From: an uncultured Chloroflexia bacterium
Lineage (GTDB): Bacteria > Chloroflexota > Limnocylindria > Limnocylindrales > CSP1-4
Direction of reading: 5' to 3'
DNA: 64,000 nt
NCBI GenBank assembly: GCA_963767165.1
Contig: CAVYCV010000003.1
Span: 986,509-1,050,508, forward strand
The notes beneath the pieces were generated by a model. It made no database searches. It saw only the letters and a list, made by a program, of their open reading frames with translations, and was not told the DNA's origin. The position numbers and the translations under genes were made by a program. Positions 22,829-34,974 of the stretch are shown here, in pieces (positions within the stretch are counted from its first letter, which is position 1; each line of letters opens with the position of its first letter).

Positions 22829-23868
22829 GCGCGAACGTCGCCCCCGCGTCGAAGGCCCCGGCGAAGACCGAAGAGCGAACCGAGCTCCGCAGGCTTCCCG
22901 CGGGCTGGCGGATCATCGCCGGCAAGGAGTTCGCGGACCACGTCGTCAGCGTCCGGTTCGTGATCGTGCTCCTGGTCCTGGGTCTCGCCGCGGCCATCCC
23001 GCTGTATTTCGCCTCGGATCAGATCCGGAATGCGGCCCAGACCGCGACGACCGTGCCCGCCGTCTTCCTGTACCTGTTCACGATCGGGCCCGAGAACATC
23101 GACATCCTGCGCGTCGATGCGTTCGTTGCGATCGTGGCGCCGCTGCTCGGGCTCGCGTTCGCCTTCGACGCCGTCAACAGCGAGCGGGCGGAGGGCACGC
23201 TGCCGCGCCTCCTCTCGCAGCCGATCTATCGCGACGACGTCATCAACGGGAAGTTCGTCGCCGGACTGGGCGTCATCGGCATCGTGCTGGTCTCGGTCGT
23301 CCTCCTGATCGCGGGCTTCGGGATGTTCCGCCTCGGGATCGTGCCGCACGGCCCTGAGATCCCACGGCTGATCGCGTGGGTGGCGGTGACCTTCCTGTAC
23401 GTGGCGCTCTGGCTGTCGTTCGGGCTGCTGCTGTCGGTCGCCATCCACCGGGCGGCGACGGCCGCGCTCGTCGGGTTCGGGGTCTGGCTGCTGCTGACGA
23501 TCTTCGGACCGCTCATCGTCGCGCTCGTGTCGGGATTCTTCACGCCGGCCGCCAACGCCACGGTGGACCAGCAGCTTGGCAGCATCCAGACCCAGGAATG
23601 GGTCGCACGGATCCTGCCCGGAACGCTCTACCAGGAGGTCACGCGAGTGATCCTCCACCCCAACCTGTCGCAGGTCTCCACGCCGGCGACGATCGGGCAG
23701 TTCATCCAGGGGCAGTCCCAGATCCCCCCGGAGTTCAACCCGGGCGTCTTCTCGCTCGACCAGAGCCTGCTCCTGGTCTGGCCGCAGCTCGTCGTGCTGG
23801 TCGCCCTGACCGTCGCGTGCTTCGCGGCCGCGTACGTCCTGTTCATGCGCCAGGAGGTCCGCGCCTGA
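22825..23868 (+). CDS. ABC-2 family transporter permease
   Basis: 347-aa intact ORF with six predicted TM helices. It overlaps the ATPase gene by 4 nt (ATGA), indicating translational coupling. Confidence 0.8.
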   Translation: MSANVAPASKAPAKTEERTELRRLPAGWRIIAGKEFADHVVSVRFVIVLLVLGLAAAIPLYFASDQIRNAAQTATTVPAVFLYLFTIGPENIDILRVDAFVAIVAPLLGLAFAFDAVNSERAEGTLPRLLSQPIYRDDVINGKFVAGLGVIGIVLVSVVLLIAGFGMFRLGIVPHGPEIPRLIAWVAVTFLYVALWLSFGLLLSVAIHRAATAALVGFGVWLLLTIFGPLIVALVSGFFTPAANATVDQQLGSIQTQEWVARILPGTLYQEVTRVILHPNLSQVSTPATIGQFIQGQSQIPPEFNPGVFSLDQSLLLVWPQLVVLVALTVACFAAAYVLFMRQEVRA

Positions 23869-24010
23869 GCTCGGGCGCCTGATCGTTCCCGGCCTCGCGG
23901 ATCGCGCTGACGCGCGAAATGGGCTGGTCGTCGAGCGTCGCGGCTCGTATGCTCAGTGCGCAGGAACGGGCGAACGTCCCGTCGACCTCAACGGCACGAG
24001 AGGGAGGACG

Positions 24011-24640
24011 ATGGATCAAAGCGGAAGTACCGGCTCCGAGGCGCCCCAGACCCCGCCGCCCGCGGAGCCCGCGCCCACGACCCAATGGGCCCCGCCGCCC
24101 GCCCCGGTGCAAGCCGGACCCGCCGGCTTCGTGTACGCGGACGTCCCCAACCGGGCGATCGCCTACATCCTCGACGCGATCCTGATCGGGATCGTCAACC
24201 TCATCGTCTTCGCGGTCCTGGCCGGGATCGGCCTCAGCATCGTCTCCGGGAATCTGACCACCGGGTTCGAGTACAACTACGTCGCCTCGATCATCCTCGG
24301 TCTCGTCGGCCTCCTGATCAGCGCGGCCTACTTCGTCTACACGTGGACCGCGATGCGCGGCACGCTCGGGATGAAGGTCCTCGGGATGCAGATCGGCAAC
24401 GCCGTTGACGGCAAGACCCTCACCACCAACCAGGCCATCCGACGGTGGGCGATCATCGCAGCCCCGTCCGTCATCGCCCAGGCGCTGCAGCCGCTGCCTG
24501 CGATCGGCTGGTTGCTCGGCATCGCCGCCTTCGCGTGGTTCATCTTCCTGCTCTACACGACCTGGAAGAGCCCGACCAAGCAGGGCTACCACGACATCTT
24601 CGCCAACACGATGGTCGTGAAGGCGACCCGCACCGCCTAG
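24011..24640 (+). CDS. RDD family membrane protein with Pro-rich N-terminus
   Basis: 'PNRAIAYILDAILIGIV' with the R-D-D arrangement, and three TM segments. Confidence 0.75.
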   Translation: MDQSGSTGSEAPQTPPPAEPAPTTQWAPPPAPVQAGPAGFVYADVPNRAIAYILDAILIGIVNLIVFAVLAGIGLSIVSGNLTTGFEYNYVASIILGLVGLLISAAYFVYTWTAMRGTLGMKVLGMQIGNAVDGKTLTTNQAIRRWAIIAAPSVIAQALQPLPAIGWLLGIAAFAWFIFLLYTTWKSPTKQGYHDIFANTMVVKATRTA

Positions 24641-24734
24641 CCTTCCGGAGCCCGTCCTCCGAGCGGACCAGGGCCGCCGGGTCCGGCCAACGGACCCCGG
24701 CGGCCTTGCCGTGTCCGGGGCCCCGAGCATCGCC

Positions 24735-25469
24735 CTAGAACGGCGGCCAGGGGATCGCGGGCCAGTTCGGCGAGGGGAGCGGGAAGCAGCCCTCGACGAG
24801 GAGCGCCTCGACCCGCCGACGCGTGGCCCGCAGCTCCGCGGCCGAGAGCAACGGTCGGAGCTGGTCGCCCAGCTCGCCGCCGAGAGCCGTCCGGACGCGG
24901 TCCAGGCCGTCGAGCTCGTCGGGCTCGAACGGCGTGCCGCGCCAGCCCCACAGGACCGTCCGCAGCTTCGGGACCGTCGAGAAGCAGACGCCGTGGTCGA
25001 CGCCGTGGACGTGCCGGCCGCCATCGACCGGCAGGATGTGGCCGCCCTTGCGGTCCGTGTTGTTCAGCGCGGCATCGAGCGTCGCCATGCGCCGCAGGCG
25101 GGCATCGTCGCCGAGGACCATCGCCACGACGTCGACGTCCGGGTCGGCCTCGATGAAGGCCTGGACCATCCCCTCGCCGAACGGACCGTCGCGCAGGATG
25201 GTCGGGGGGACGATCCCCCAACCGGTGGCCTCGGAGACGTGCCACGCGGCGACCTCGCGCCGGGTCAGCGTGCCGTGCGGGAAGTCGTCGAGGGGGCGCT
25301 CGCCGATCGTCGGCTTGTAGATGGCCTCGATGACGGTCGGCGGCTCGGGGTCGGGGCACGTCCGCGACACCCGGACGAGCAGGGCGTTGTTGCTCGATTC
25401 GACGATCCGCCCGACCACCTCCAAGTCGCCATCGCGCAGGACGGCCAGCGTCGTCGCCGGGTCGAGCAT
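24735..25469 (-). CDS. SCO1664 family protein (TIGR03843-like; PI3/4-kinase-like fold)
   Basis: Starts at 'MLDPATTLAVLRDGDLEVVGRI' and is about 244 aa. It sits immediately downstream of a DUF3090 gene, the conserved actinobacterial pairing. The listed ORF 24735..25547 includes a 5' overlap. Confidence 0.7.
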   Translation of the reverse strand: MLDPATTLAVLRDGDLEVVGRIVESSNNALLVRVSRTCPDPEPPTVIEAIYKPTIGERPLDDFPHGTLTRREVAAWHVSEATGWGIVPPTILRDGPFGEGMVQAFIEADPDVDVVAMVLGDDARLRRMATLDAALNNTDRKGGHILPVDGGRHVHGVDHGVCFSTVPKLRTVLWGWRGTPFEPDELDGLDRVRTALGGELGDQLRPLLSAAELRATRRRVEALLVEGCFPLPSPNWPAIPWPPF

Positions 25470-25480
25470 GCCGCTGGCGC

Positions 25481-26059
25481 CTAGTTGACGTAGTGCCCGT
25501 TGCGGCGTGGACAGATGTGGCCCGTCGGGTCGAGCGGCGCACCGCACAACGGGCAGGGCGGCCGGCCCGACGCCACGACCCGGACGGCCCGCGCGACGAA
25601 CGAGCGGGCGGCGTCGGCCGTCAGCCGCACCCGCAGCAGGTCCGGTCCGTCCTCGTCCTCGTCGTCATCGTCGTCGGGATCGATCGGCTCGCCGTCCTCG
25701 TCCTGGGCGCGTGCCTCGACCAGCACGCGCTCGGCGACCACGTCCCAGCCGAGGGTCAGCGAGCCGGCCCGAAAGGCCTCGTTGAGCGGCTCGTCCAGCG
25801 GCTCGGTGTCCGCCGCCGGATCCGACGACCCACCGGTCGCCTCGAGCCCGTGGGCCACCTCGACGCCACGCCGGTCCAGCTCGTTGAGGAGTTCGCCCAG
25901 ACGCTCGGCGAGGACGCTGACCTGGACCTTCTCGAGCGCCACGCTCACCACCCGGACGCCGTCGCGGGCCTGGAGGAAGAACGTCCGGTCGCCCGGTTCG
26001 CCGATGGTGCCGGCGACGAAGCGTTCCGGGGGATCGAAGATGAACCGCCGTCGAGCCAT
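25481..26059 (-). CDS. DUF3090 family protein (TIGR03847-like)
   Basis: 192-aa intact ORF with acidic linker 'PDDDDDEDEDGP' and C-terminal 'CPLCGAPLDPTGHICPRRNGH' Zn-ribbon-like motif. Family assignment by recall. Confidence 0.75.
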   Translation of the reverse strand: MARRRFIFDPPERFVAGTIGEPGDRTFFLQARDGVRVVSVALEKVQVSVLAERLGELLNELDRRGVEVAHGLEATGGSSDPAADTEPLDEPLNEAFRAGSLTLGWDVVAERVLVEARAQDEDGEPIDPDDDDDEDEDGPDLLRVRLTADAARSFVARAVRVVASGRPPCPLCGAPLDPTGHICPRRNGHYVN

Positions 26060-26098
26060 GGCCTGACTCTATACCGATTCGCCCTGCGACCGGGTCGC

Positions 26099-27650
26099 CT
26101 ACGAGACGTGCACGGTCGCGGTGTCCCAGCCACGGGCGCCGTCGGGGGCGGGTGGCGTCCGACGCTCCTCCTGGACGACGCCGTCGCCGTCGGTGGCACG
26201 GACCGAGAGCGTGTGGTCGCCTGGCGTCGCGTCCCAGTCGAGGACCCACTGGACCCACGTCGCGTCCGAGATCGGCCGCGACAGCCGGGCGTCGCGCCAG
26301 ACGCCGTCGACCGCGACCTCGACCTTGGAGACCCCCCGGTCGGGCGCCCAGGCGATCCCGGCGATCGGCACCCGGCCAGCCGTCACAGCGGCGCCGCCGG
26401 GCGGCGTGTCGATCCGCGACTGGGTCAGGATCGGCGCCTCCTTCGACCAGCCGCGCGGCACCCAGTAGGCGTCGAACGACTCGAGGGTCGTGAGCTCGAG
26501 CTCGGCGAGCCATTTCGTCGCCGACACGTACCCGTAGAGGCCGGGGACGATGAGGCGGGCCGGGAATCCGTGCTCGTCGGGCAGCGGCTCGTCGTTCATC
26601 TGGATCGCGATCATCGGCTCGCGGGCGGGGTCCATCACCCAGGCGGTCGGCATGCCGGCCGTCCAGCCGTCGACGGACCGTCCGACCAGCTGCGTGGCCG
26701 ATGCCTGGACACCCGCCATGTCGAGGACCTCGCGCAGCTTCACGCCGGTCCACTTCGCGTTGCCGACGAGCCTGCCGCCGACCTCGTTGCTCACGCAGGC
26801 GATCGTCACGTACTGCTCGAACATCGGCAGGCCCAGGAGCTCGTCCCAGGTGAGGGTCGTCTCGCGATCGACGAGACCGTGGATGCGCAGCGTCCAGTCG
26901 GCCGTGCCGGGCGTCGGGTAGAGGAGCGCGGTGTCGATGCGGTAGAAGTCCTCGTTGGGGACGACGAGCGGCGTGAGGCCCGCGATGGTCGTCGAGAGGT
27001 CCTGCGCCGGGTCGAGGACCGGGGCGAGCCCGGTCGCGGGCGGCAGGACGACGGCCTCGGACGGCCCACGCTGGCGCTCGAGGAGGGCCCGGCCGCCGAC
27101 CCCCGCGACGAGCGCCGCGACCCCGACCGAGCCGGCCCGGATGATGAAGGAGCGGCGCGACCAGTCGGGCATCGTCGCGGTGGGGCCCGTGGCCGCGGCC
27201 CGCCGGACGGCACGAGCCAGCCGAGGACCCAGAGCCCGACGCCGACCGACACTGCGGCAGCAGCCGCCACGATCGCGGGCGACGCCCCCGGATCGTCGAG
27301 CGCTGCGAGGAAGCCGAGCACGCCGAACGCCCCGAAGGCGAGGGACGCGACGCTGGGCCGGCGGGCCGCCAGGATGCCCGAGCCCGGCCCCGACGACCAG
27401 GGCGACCACGAGGACGATGAGGATCTCGAAGGCCAGCTTGTCGTTGGTCCCGAAGAGGGCCACCGCGACTTCCTTGGCACCGGCGGGCTGGTTGTCGATG
27501 ATGAGCTGACCGACCGCCGCCACCAGCGAGGTGGCGCCGGGCAGCAGGCCGGCGAGGAGTTCGGAGGTCCCGAGGGCGGCAGCGACGGCGATGGCGCCGC
27601 CGACCGCGGCGCGGCTGTTGGAGGTGGTCACGGGAGCAGCGTGCCGGTTT
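26099..27650 (-). pseudogene. sulfite-oxidase-family molybdopterin oxidoreductase with N-terminal polytopic membrane domain; two frameshifts in the membrane-domain region
   Basis: The C-terminal 330 aa have the Moco-binding and dimerisation domains ('FYRIDTAL', 'TIACVSNEVGG', 'GFPARLIVPGLYGYVSATKWL'). The N-terminal TM helices are partly in the main frame and partly in frame 26806..27480 ('ASLAFGAFGVLGFLAALDD...VGVGLWVLGWLV'). Probable GTG start near 27650. Confidence 0.7.
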
Positions 27651-28506
27651 CGTGTGACGCTGGCGTGTCGGACGGCCGGGCGGCCCCGTCGAGCCGTGCC
27701 CACGCGCGGCCGTCCCGCCGCTCGACCACGAGCGGCACCCCGTACGCCTCGGAGAGGACCGGCCCCGTCAGCACGCGCTCGCACGGCCCGGCCGCGACGA
27801 CACGTCCGCCCGAGAGCACGAGGGCGTGGTCGAAGCCGGGCGGGACCTCCTCGAGGTGGTGCGAGACCAGCACGATCGCGGCGGGCCGCGGCTCGGCGGC
27901 GATCGCGGTGAGGTCCGCAAGCAGGGTCTCGCGGGCCGCGAGGTCCAGGCTGGCGGCCGGCTCATCGAGCAGGAGCAGGTCCGGATCGGGCATCAGCGCG
28001 CGGGCGATCGAGACGCGCCGTCGCTCGCCGGCCGACAGGGTCCCGAACGGCTGCTCGGCACCCGCGGTCATCCCGACGCGTGCCAGCACGGCCCTGGCCT
28101 GGTCCCGGTCCGCCTCGTCGTATTCGTGCCACCACGGCTCGGTCGCCGCGTTGCGGGCCGTCATGACGAGGTCGACCGCACGCAGGTCCGGGCGGAGGAC
28201 GGCCTCGACGGCACTCCCCGCCGAGCCGACGCGCTTGCGGAGCTCGCGGACGTCGATCTTCCCGTAGCGCGAGCCGAGGACCTCGACCGTGCCCGCGGTC
28301 GGCCAGAGCGTCAACGCGACGACCGAGAGCAGCGTCGTCTTGCCCGAGCCGTTGGGGCCGAGGACGACCCAGCGCTCGCCGGCCCCGACGTGCCAGTCGA
28401 TCGGGCCGAGGATGGTGCGGCCGGCCCGTCGCACGACCAGGCCGCGAACGTCGACGATCACGTCCGCGATCGTAGCGGACCCCCGGTCGGCGAGGGCCTC
28501 AGCCAC
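27628..28506 (-). CDS. ABC transporter ATP-binding protein
   Basis: 292-aa intact ORF with Walker A 'GPNGSGKTT', signature 'LSAGERRR' and Walker B 'LLLLDEPAASLD'. Confidence 0.8.
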   Translation of the reverse strand: MAEALADRGSATIADVIVDVRGLVVRRAGRTILGPIDWHVGAGERWVVLGPNGSGKTTLLSVVALTLWPTAGTVEVLGSRYGKIDVRELRKRVGSAGSAVEAVLRPDLRAVDLVMTARNAATEPWWHEYDEADRDQARAVLARVGMTAGAEQPFGTLSAGERRRVSIARALMPDPDLLLLDEPAASLDLAARETLLADLTAIAAEPRPAAIVLVSHHLEEVPPGFDHALVLSGGRVVAAGPCERVLTGPVLSEAYGVPLVVERRDGRAWARLDGAARPSDTPASHETGTLLP

Positions 28507-31251
28507 GGACTACGGCGCGAGTGGTGTCGGCGTCGGGGTCGGCGGGACCGGGCGTCGGGGTCGGCGTCGGCGGCGCCGGGGTCGGTGTCGGCGGGACAGG
28601 CGTGGGCGTAGGTGTCGGTTCGGCGGTCGGTGATGGCGTCGCCTCCGATGTCGGCGAGGCGCTGTCTGACGGCGAGGCCGTCGGGGAGGCCGGCGGGCAT
28701 GGCAACGCAGCCACCTCCGACCCGGACGGCGACGGCAGCGCGAACGAGGGGATGACCCCGCTCTCGTCAGGCGTGGGCAGCGGGATGCACGACGGCGACG
28801 GGCTCGGCCCGCAGCCCTCCGCGCCGACGACGGCGCCCCACGACCCGCCGTAGGGCCGGAACGCGCCGTTGTAGAAGAACGCGGTGCGCGTCTTGTTCAC
28901 GCCGCCGGCCGTGCCTGGACCACGTTCCGCGCGCCGGATCCAGTTCCGGTCCGCCTCCATCCAGTTGCCGAAGCGCGTCTCGAAGGCGCCCGGCACCGCG
29001 CCGAGGACGTCGATGCCGCAGGTGTTCGCGGGCAGGGCGTCCTTGGGCTCCGTGCCGGAGATGAACCACTCGTTGACCGACTCGCCGCCGGCCCGTGCCT
29101 TGGTCCCGGTCCATGGGTCGATGGCGACGCGGGTCAGGCCGTCAGGCCGCGCGAACCGGGTCACCGGCCACTTGCGGCTGGCCTCCTGGAGGAAGCCCTG
29201 CCATACGTAGGTGGAAACGTCGATCGAGAACACCGGGCGTCCTGGCGTCGAGACCGGCGTGTTGTCGCTGTTGCCGTTCCACACGCCCACGGTCAGGGCG
29301 TAGGCGCCCGCGTCGCGGCCCTTCTTGGTGGGCGGGGCGATGTAGCCGTAGGCGTTGAGGTCCTTCGCGTCGTTGTTCGTGCCGGTCTTGAGCGTCGCGG
29401 GCCGGCGGGCGTTCTCGCCACGGATCGCGAACTTGCCCCAGTACGGGTTGACACTCGGGTTCGTGTTGCCGGCGAGGATGTCGGTCACGATGAACGCCGA
29501 CTGGGGCTTGATGACCTGGACGGCGGCGGGCGGCGTGTACGTCTCTTGGACGTCCGCGCCGTTTCGATCCTTGATGCTGATGATCGTGGTGTGGCCGACC
29601 TTCTTGCCGCCGTTGGCCAGCGTGGCGTAGGCGGTCACCAGGTCGACCGGGCGGACCTCCGCGACGCCCAGCGCCAGGGCGAGGCCCGCGTCGGTCTTGT
29701 CCTGCTGGAAGGTCATCCCGAAGTCCTTGGCCCGATCGAACACGTGGTCCGGCTTGTTGACCGCCATCGCCTTGACCGACGGGATGTTGAGCGAGAACTG
29801 GAGCGCGTTGCGGACGCGGACAGGTCCGCGCTCGAGGTTGTCGGCATCGCTGGGCGTGTAGCCGCCGCCGAAGTCCGCGGCGCTGTCCATGAACATCGAA
29901 CCGGCCGTGAGCGTGCCATCGTCGATGCCGGTCGCGTAGTTGAAGGGCTTGAAGGCCGAGCCCGGCTGGCGATAGCCCTTGCCGATGACGTCGTACTGCG
30001 GCTGGAACTCTGGTCGGCTCTCGCGTCGCGTAGTACTTGGCCGAGCCGACGTAGGCGACGAGCTCGCCGGTCTGGTAGTCCATGGCGACGAGCGCGCCGT
30101 TGCGCAGGTGCTTGCCCTCGAGGTTCCTGACCCAGTCCGGGTAGGAGTCGAAGTCGAGCGCCTTGGCCTCGGCCGCCCTATTCGCCTTGGGCCGGTGCGC
30201 CAGGAGCGCCGACGCCTCGACCCATTTCTCGGCGATCTTCTGGAGACGCAGGTCGAGGGTAGTCGTGATGCGCAGGCCGCCGCGCTCGAGCGATCGACAG
30301 CTCGTCGCGTCCGGGTCGCACAGGCGCGCGGTCAGCTCGTCGCGGACCGCCCACACGAAGTGCGGCGCGAGCCAGTGCGGCGTGACCTGGCTGGCGAGCA
30401 GGACAACGTCCTTCTTCGCGTTCCGGAATTGCTGGGCTGTGTACTGGCTGCCTGACTTGGGCGTGCGGCCTTCGGCGAGCAGGTCCAGCACGGAGTTGCG
30501 CCGGGCGACGATCGTCGTCGTCTCGGGGACGATGAGGTCCGCCTTCGGGCAATCGGCGTCCTCCGCCACGACCGTGGTGCACTGCTCGATGTGGTTGCGG
30601 ACCAGGTCGTAGTTCGACGGTGACTTGGGCAGGCTCGCGATGATGGCCGCCTCGGCCGGCGTGATGTCGGCGAGCGGCTTGCCGAAGTAGCCCTCGACCG
30701 CCGCCTTCACGCCGTAGCTCTGGTTGCCGTAGTAGTTCTGGTTGAGGTAGGCCGTGATGATGTCGCTGCTTGCCCGCTTCGCCCGCGAACACCTGGGTCA
30801 CCCGGATCGACTGGATGATCTCCTTGAGCTTGCGCTCGACCGTCCGGTTCGGGTCCTGGACGAGGTCTTCCGGAAGCAGCCGCGCCCGGACCAGCTGTTG
30901 GGTGATCGTCGAGGCGCCACGGCTGTTGCCGCGGATGGAATCGAGGCCGGCCGAGATGATCGCCATCGGGTCGAAGCCCGCGTTGTCCCAGAACGTCTTG
31001 TCCTCGATGGCGGTCGTCGCGTCGAGGAGGATCGGCGGGATCTCCTCGTAGGTCACGACCTCGCGACGCTCGTCGCCGAAGCGGGCCAGCTCGGTCTCGC
31101 CGGTCCGGTCGTAGATGATCAATTCCTCGACAGGCGTGATCGCGGTCAGGGCACGCACATCTGGCAGGCCGGAGGCGAGGCTGTTGTAGACGCCGACCAC
31201 GGCGAGCGCCCCGATCAGCCCGATCCCCGCCAGGAACAGCAGGATGATCAC
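28499..31251 (-). pseudogene. class A penicillin-binding protein (PBP1A-type transglycosylase/transpeptidase) with Pro/Thr-rich C-terminal tail; at least three frameshifts
   Basis: The GT51 domain (frame 30178..31251) has 'EDKTFWDNAGFDP' and 'GASTITQQLVR'. The linker and transpeptidase N-part are in frame 29142..30710. The transpeptidase core is in frame 28499..29896 ('KTGTNND' KTG motif). The tail is a 'PTPTPTP' low-complexity region. Confidence 0.8.
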
Positions 31252-31426
31252 GCCGATGATAGCCGCCCGTGGACGGGTTGGATCGCGGGGTGTGGACGCG
31301 ATGGACTGGCGAGGTGCGGGCGGAGGTCAAGGCGAGCGGACTCCAGTGGGATGGTCGGGGTCCCGCGCTCGCGATCGATGGATCGCGGGATGGCGCGAGC
31401 CGCACAAGGATGCCGCAACTCGCGGT

Positions 31427-32691
<1,265 letters not shown>

Positions 32692-32695
<4 letters not shown>

Positions 32696-33855
32696 CCGGG
32701 TTCGGTCGGAGCGTCGTCGCGCCGCTCCCAGCCCGGGCTGAACAGGCGGATGAGGTGCTGGCGCTGGTACGGATGGCCCTCGAGAGCGTCCCAGTCGAGC
32801 TCGATGCCGAGGCCGGGCGCGTCCGAGACCGTGACGTACCCGTCCACCGGGCGGATCGGCCGGTCCACGATCGACTGCGTCCAGTCGGCGTTGAACTCGT
32901 CGAAGGTCTCCTGCACGTAGAAGTTCGGGATGCAGGCGCCCAGCTGGACCGCCATCGCGCCGCAGACCGGGCCCTGCGCGTTGTGGGGCGCGACGACCGC
33001 GAGGTGGGCCTCGGCGAGCGAGGCGACCTGGCGGGTCCGCCACAGGCCGCCGAGGTGGAGCGGCTCGGGCTGGAGGATCTGCACGACATCGTGCGAGAGC
33101 AGGTCGGCGAACTGGCCGAGCGAGGTGAAGCTCTCGCCGGTGGCGATCGGGACCGGCGACCGGCGGGCCACCTCGACCATCGAGCCCATCTGCGAGTGGT
33201 GGACGGGCTCCTCCAGCCAGGCCGGGCGGAACTCGGCGAGGCGATCCGCGAGTCGGAGCGCAGTGGAGGCCGTGAAGCGGTTGTGCGCCTCGATCATCAG
33301 GTCGACGTCGGGCCCGACCGCGTCGCGGACCGCGCGCACGATGTCGATCGAGAGGTCCTCGTCGCGCCGGTCCTGGACGCGCCACGCCGAGCCGAACGGA
33401 TCGAACTTCATCGCCGTGTAGCCGCGCGCCGCGACCTCGCGGGCCTTCGCCGCGACTGCCTCGGGCACGCGGTCCGTCCGGTACCAGCCGTTCGCGTAGA
33501 CGCGGACGCGGTCGCGGACCTTCCCGCCGAGGAGCGCGTGGATCGGCTGCCCGGCGGCCTTGCCGACGATGTCCCAGCACGCGACCTCGATCGCGGCCAC
33601 GGCCGCCATGTGGATCTGGCCGCCGTCGGTGTAGACGTCGCGGACCATCCGCTGGAGGAGCAGCTCGACGTCGTGCGGATCGAGGCCGAGATACGCCTCC
33701 TGGAGCTCCTCGATGGCCGCGGCGACGGTCGCCGCGAAGCCGTTGACGGTGCCCTCGCCGAAGCCCGTGACGCCCTCGTCGGTGGAGACCCGGACGAAGA
33801 GCCAGTTCTTCCATGCGTTGCCCGCGATGCGCGTCTCGACGTTCGTGATTCGCAT
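32692..33855 (-). CDS. enolase-superfamily (mandelate racemase/muconate lactonizing enzyme) dehydratase, D-galactonate dehydratase-like
   Basis: Starts 'MRITNVETRIAGNAWKNWLFVRVSTDEGVTGFGEG'. Family motif 'YANGWY' and the metal-ligand region 'MIEAHNRF' are present. It overlaps the galK start by 4 nt. Confidence 0.8.
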
Positions 33856-33929
33856 TCGCGGAGCGTAGCGCCGTGGCAGGATGACGGCATGGCCCATCGG
33901 TGGCGGGCCGGGCGCGACGGAGGTGGCGG

Positions 33930-34818
33930 ATGTCGACCACGCGGCTGACGGCGGAGCTGGTCGTCGATGGGCGTTGGGAGCTCGGCGAGGGGCCGATCTG
34001 GGACACCCAGACCGAGTCGCTGGTCTGGGTCGACATCATGGGCCAGCTGGTGCTTCGGCATCGTCCGGGGGACGAGCGGGCGTCCGCTCTGCCGACGCCG
34101 CTGGACGTCGGATCGGTGGCCGTGCGGCAGGGCGGCGGCCTGGTCGCGGCGCTCGCCGATGGGTTCTGGATCACCGAGCCCGATTCCGAGGAATGGGTCC
34201 GCCACCGCCCGGTCGAGGCGGACCAGCCGGACCTGCGCTTCAACGACGGCAAGTGCGACCCGGCCGGCCGCTTCCTTGCGGGCTCGATGGCCTACGACAA
34301 GCGCACGGGCGCGGGCGCCCTGTACCGGCTGGATCCCGACGGGACCGTGGAGCAGCTCCTCGATGGTGTGACGATCTCCAACGGGCTCGCCTGGTCGCCC
34401 GGATGGCGGCACGCTCTACTACATCGACACGCCGCTGCACCGGGTGGACGCCTTCGACTACGACCTCGCGACCGGGCGGCTGTCGAACCGGCGCCCGCAC
34501 ATCACGTTCCCGGAGGGGCAGGCGGGCAGCCCGGACGGCATGACGATCGACACCGACGGCGGCCTATGGGTGGCGATGTGGAACGGCTGGGGCGTCCACC
34601 GCTACGCGCCCGATGGCACGCTTGACCTCGTCGTGGACGTGCCCGCGTCGCACGTCACGAGCGCGATCTTCGGCGGCCCGGACCTCACGGACCTCTACAT
34701 CACGTGCGCCTGGTCCGAGCTGACCGACGAGGAGCGGGCCGAACAGCCCCATGCCGGCAGCCTGTTCCGCGTGCGCCCCGGGTTCCAGGGCTATCCGCCG
34801 GTCGAGTTCGCGGGGTAA
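33930..34818 (+). CDS. SMP-30/gluconolactonase/LRE-like lactonase, one frameshift near 34400
   Basis: The N-part (frame 33900..) has 'ELGEGPIWD', 'NDGKCDPAGRF' and 'GALYRLDPDG'. The C-part (frame 34444..34818) has 'PDGMTIDTDGGLWVA' and 'ITCAW'. It is divergent from the dehydratase gene. Confidence 0.75.
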
Positions 34819-34974
34819 GCCCTCGTAAGGTAGGTGCTTGTGGCGCGCCAGCGAGATTGAGGGCGCTGGGGTCTTCGCGACGGGCCGCCCGCCCGATGGA
34901 CGGAGCGCTGCCAAACGCGAGTCTGCAGCCATCGAACCGACGAGAGGACCGTCGGTCGACGAAGGAGCAGACCG

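Noticed and set aside
25493-28267. 924-aa plus-strand ORF
   Set aside because: Antisense to the DUF3090, Moco oxidoreductase and ABC ATPase genes. The translation is Arg/Gly/Pro-rich with no domain signature.
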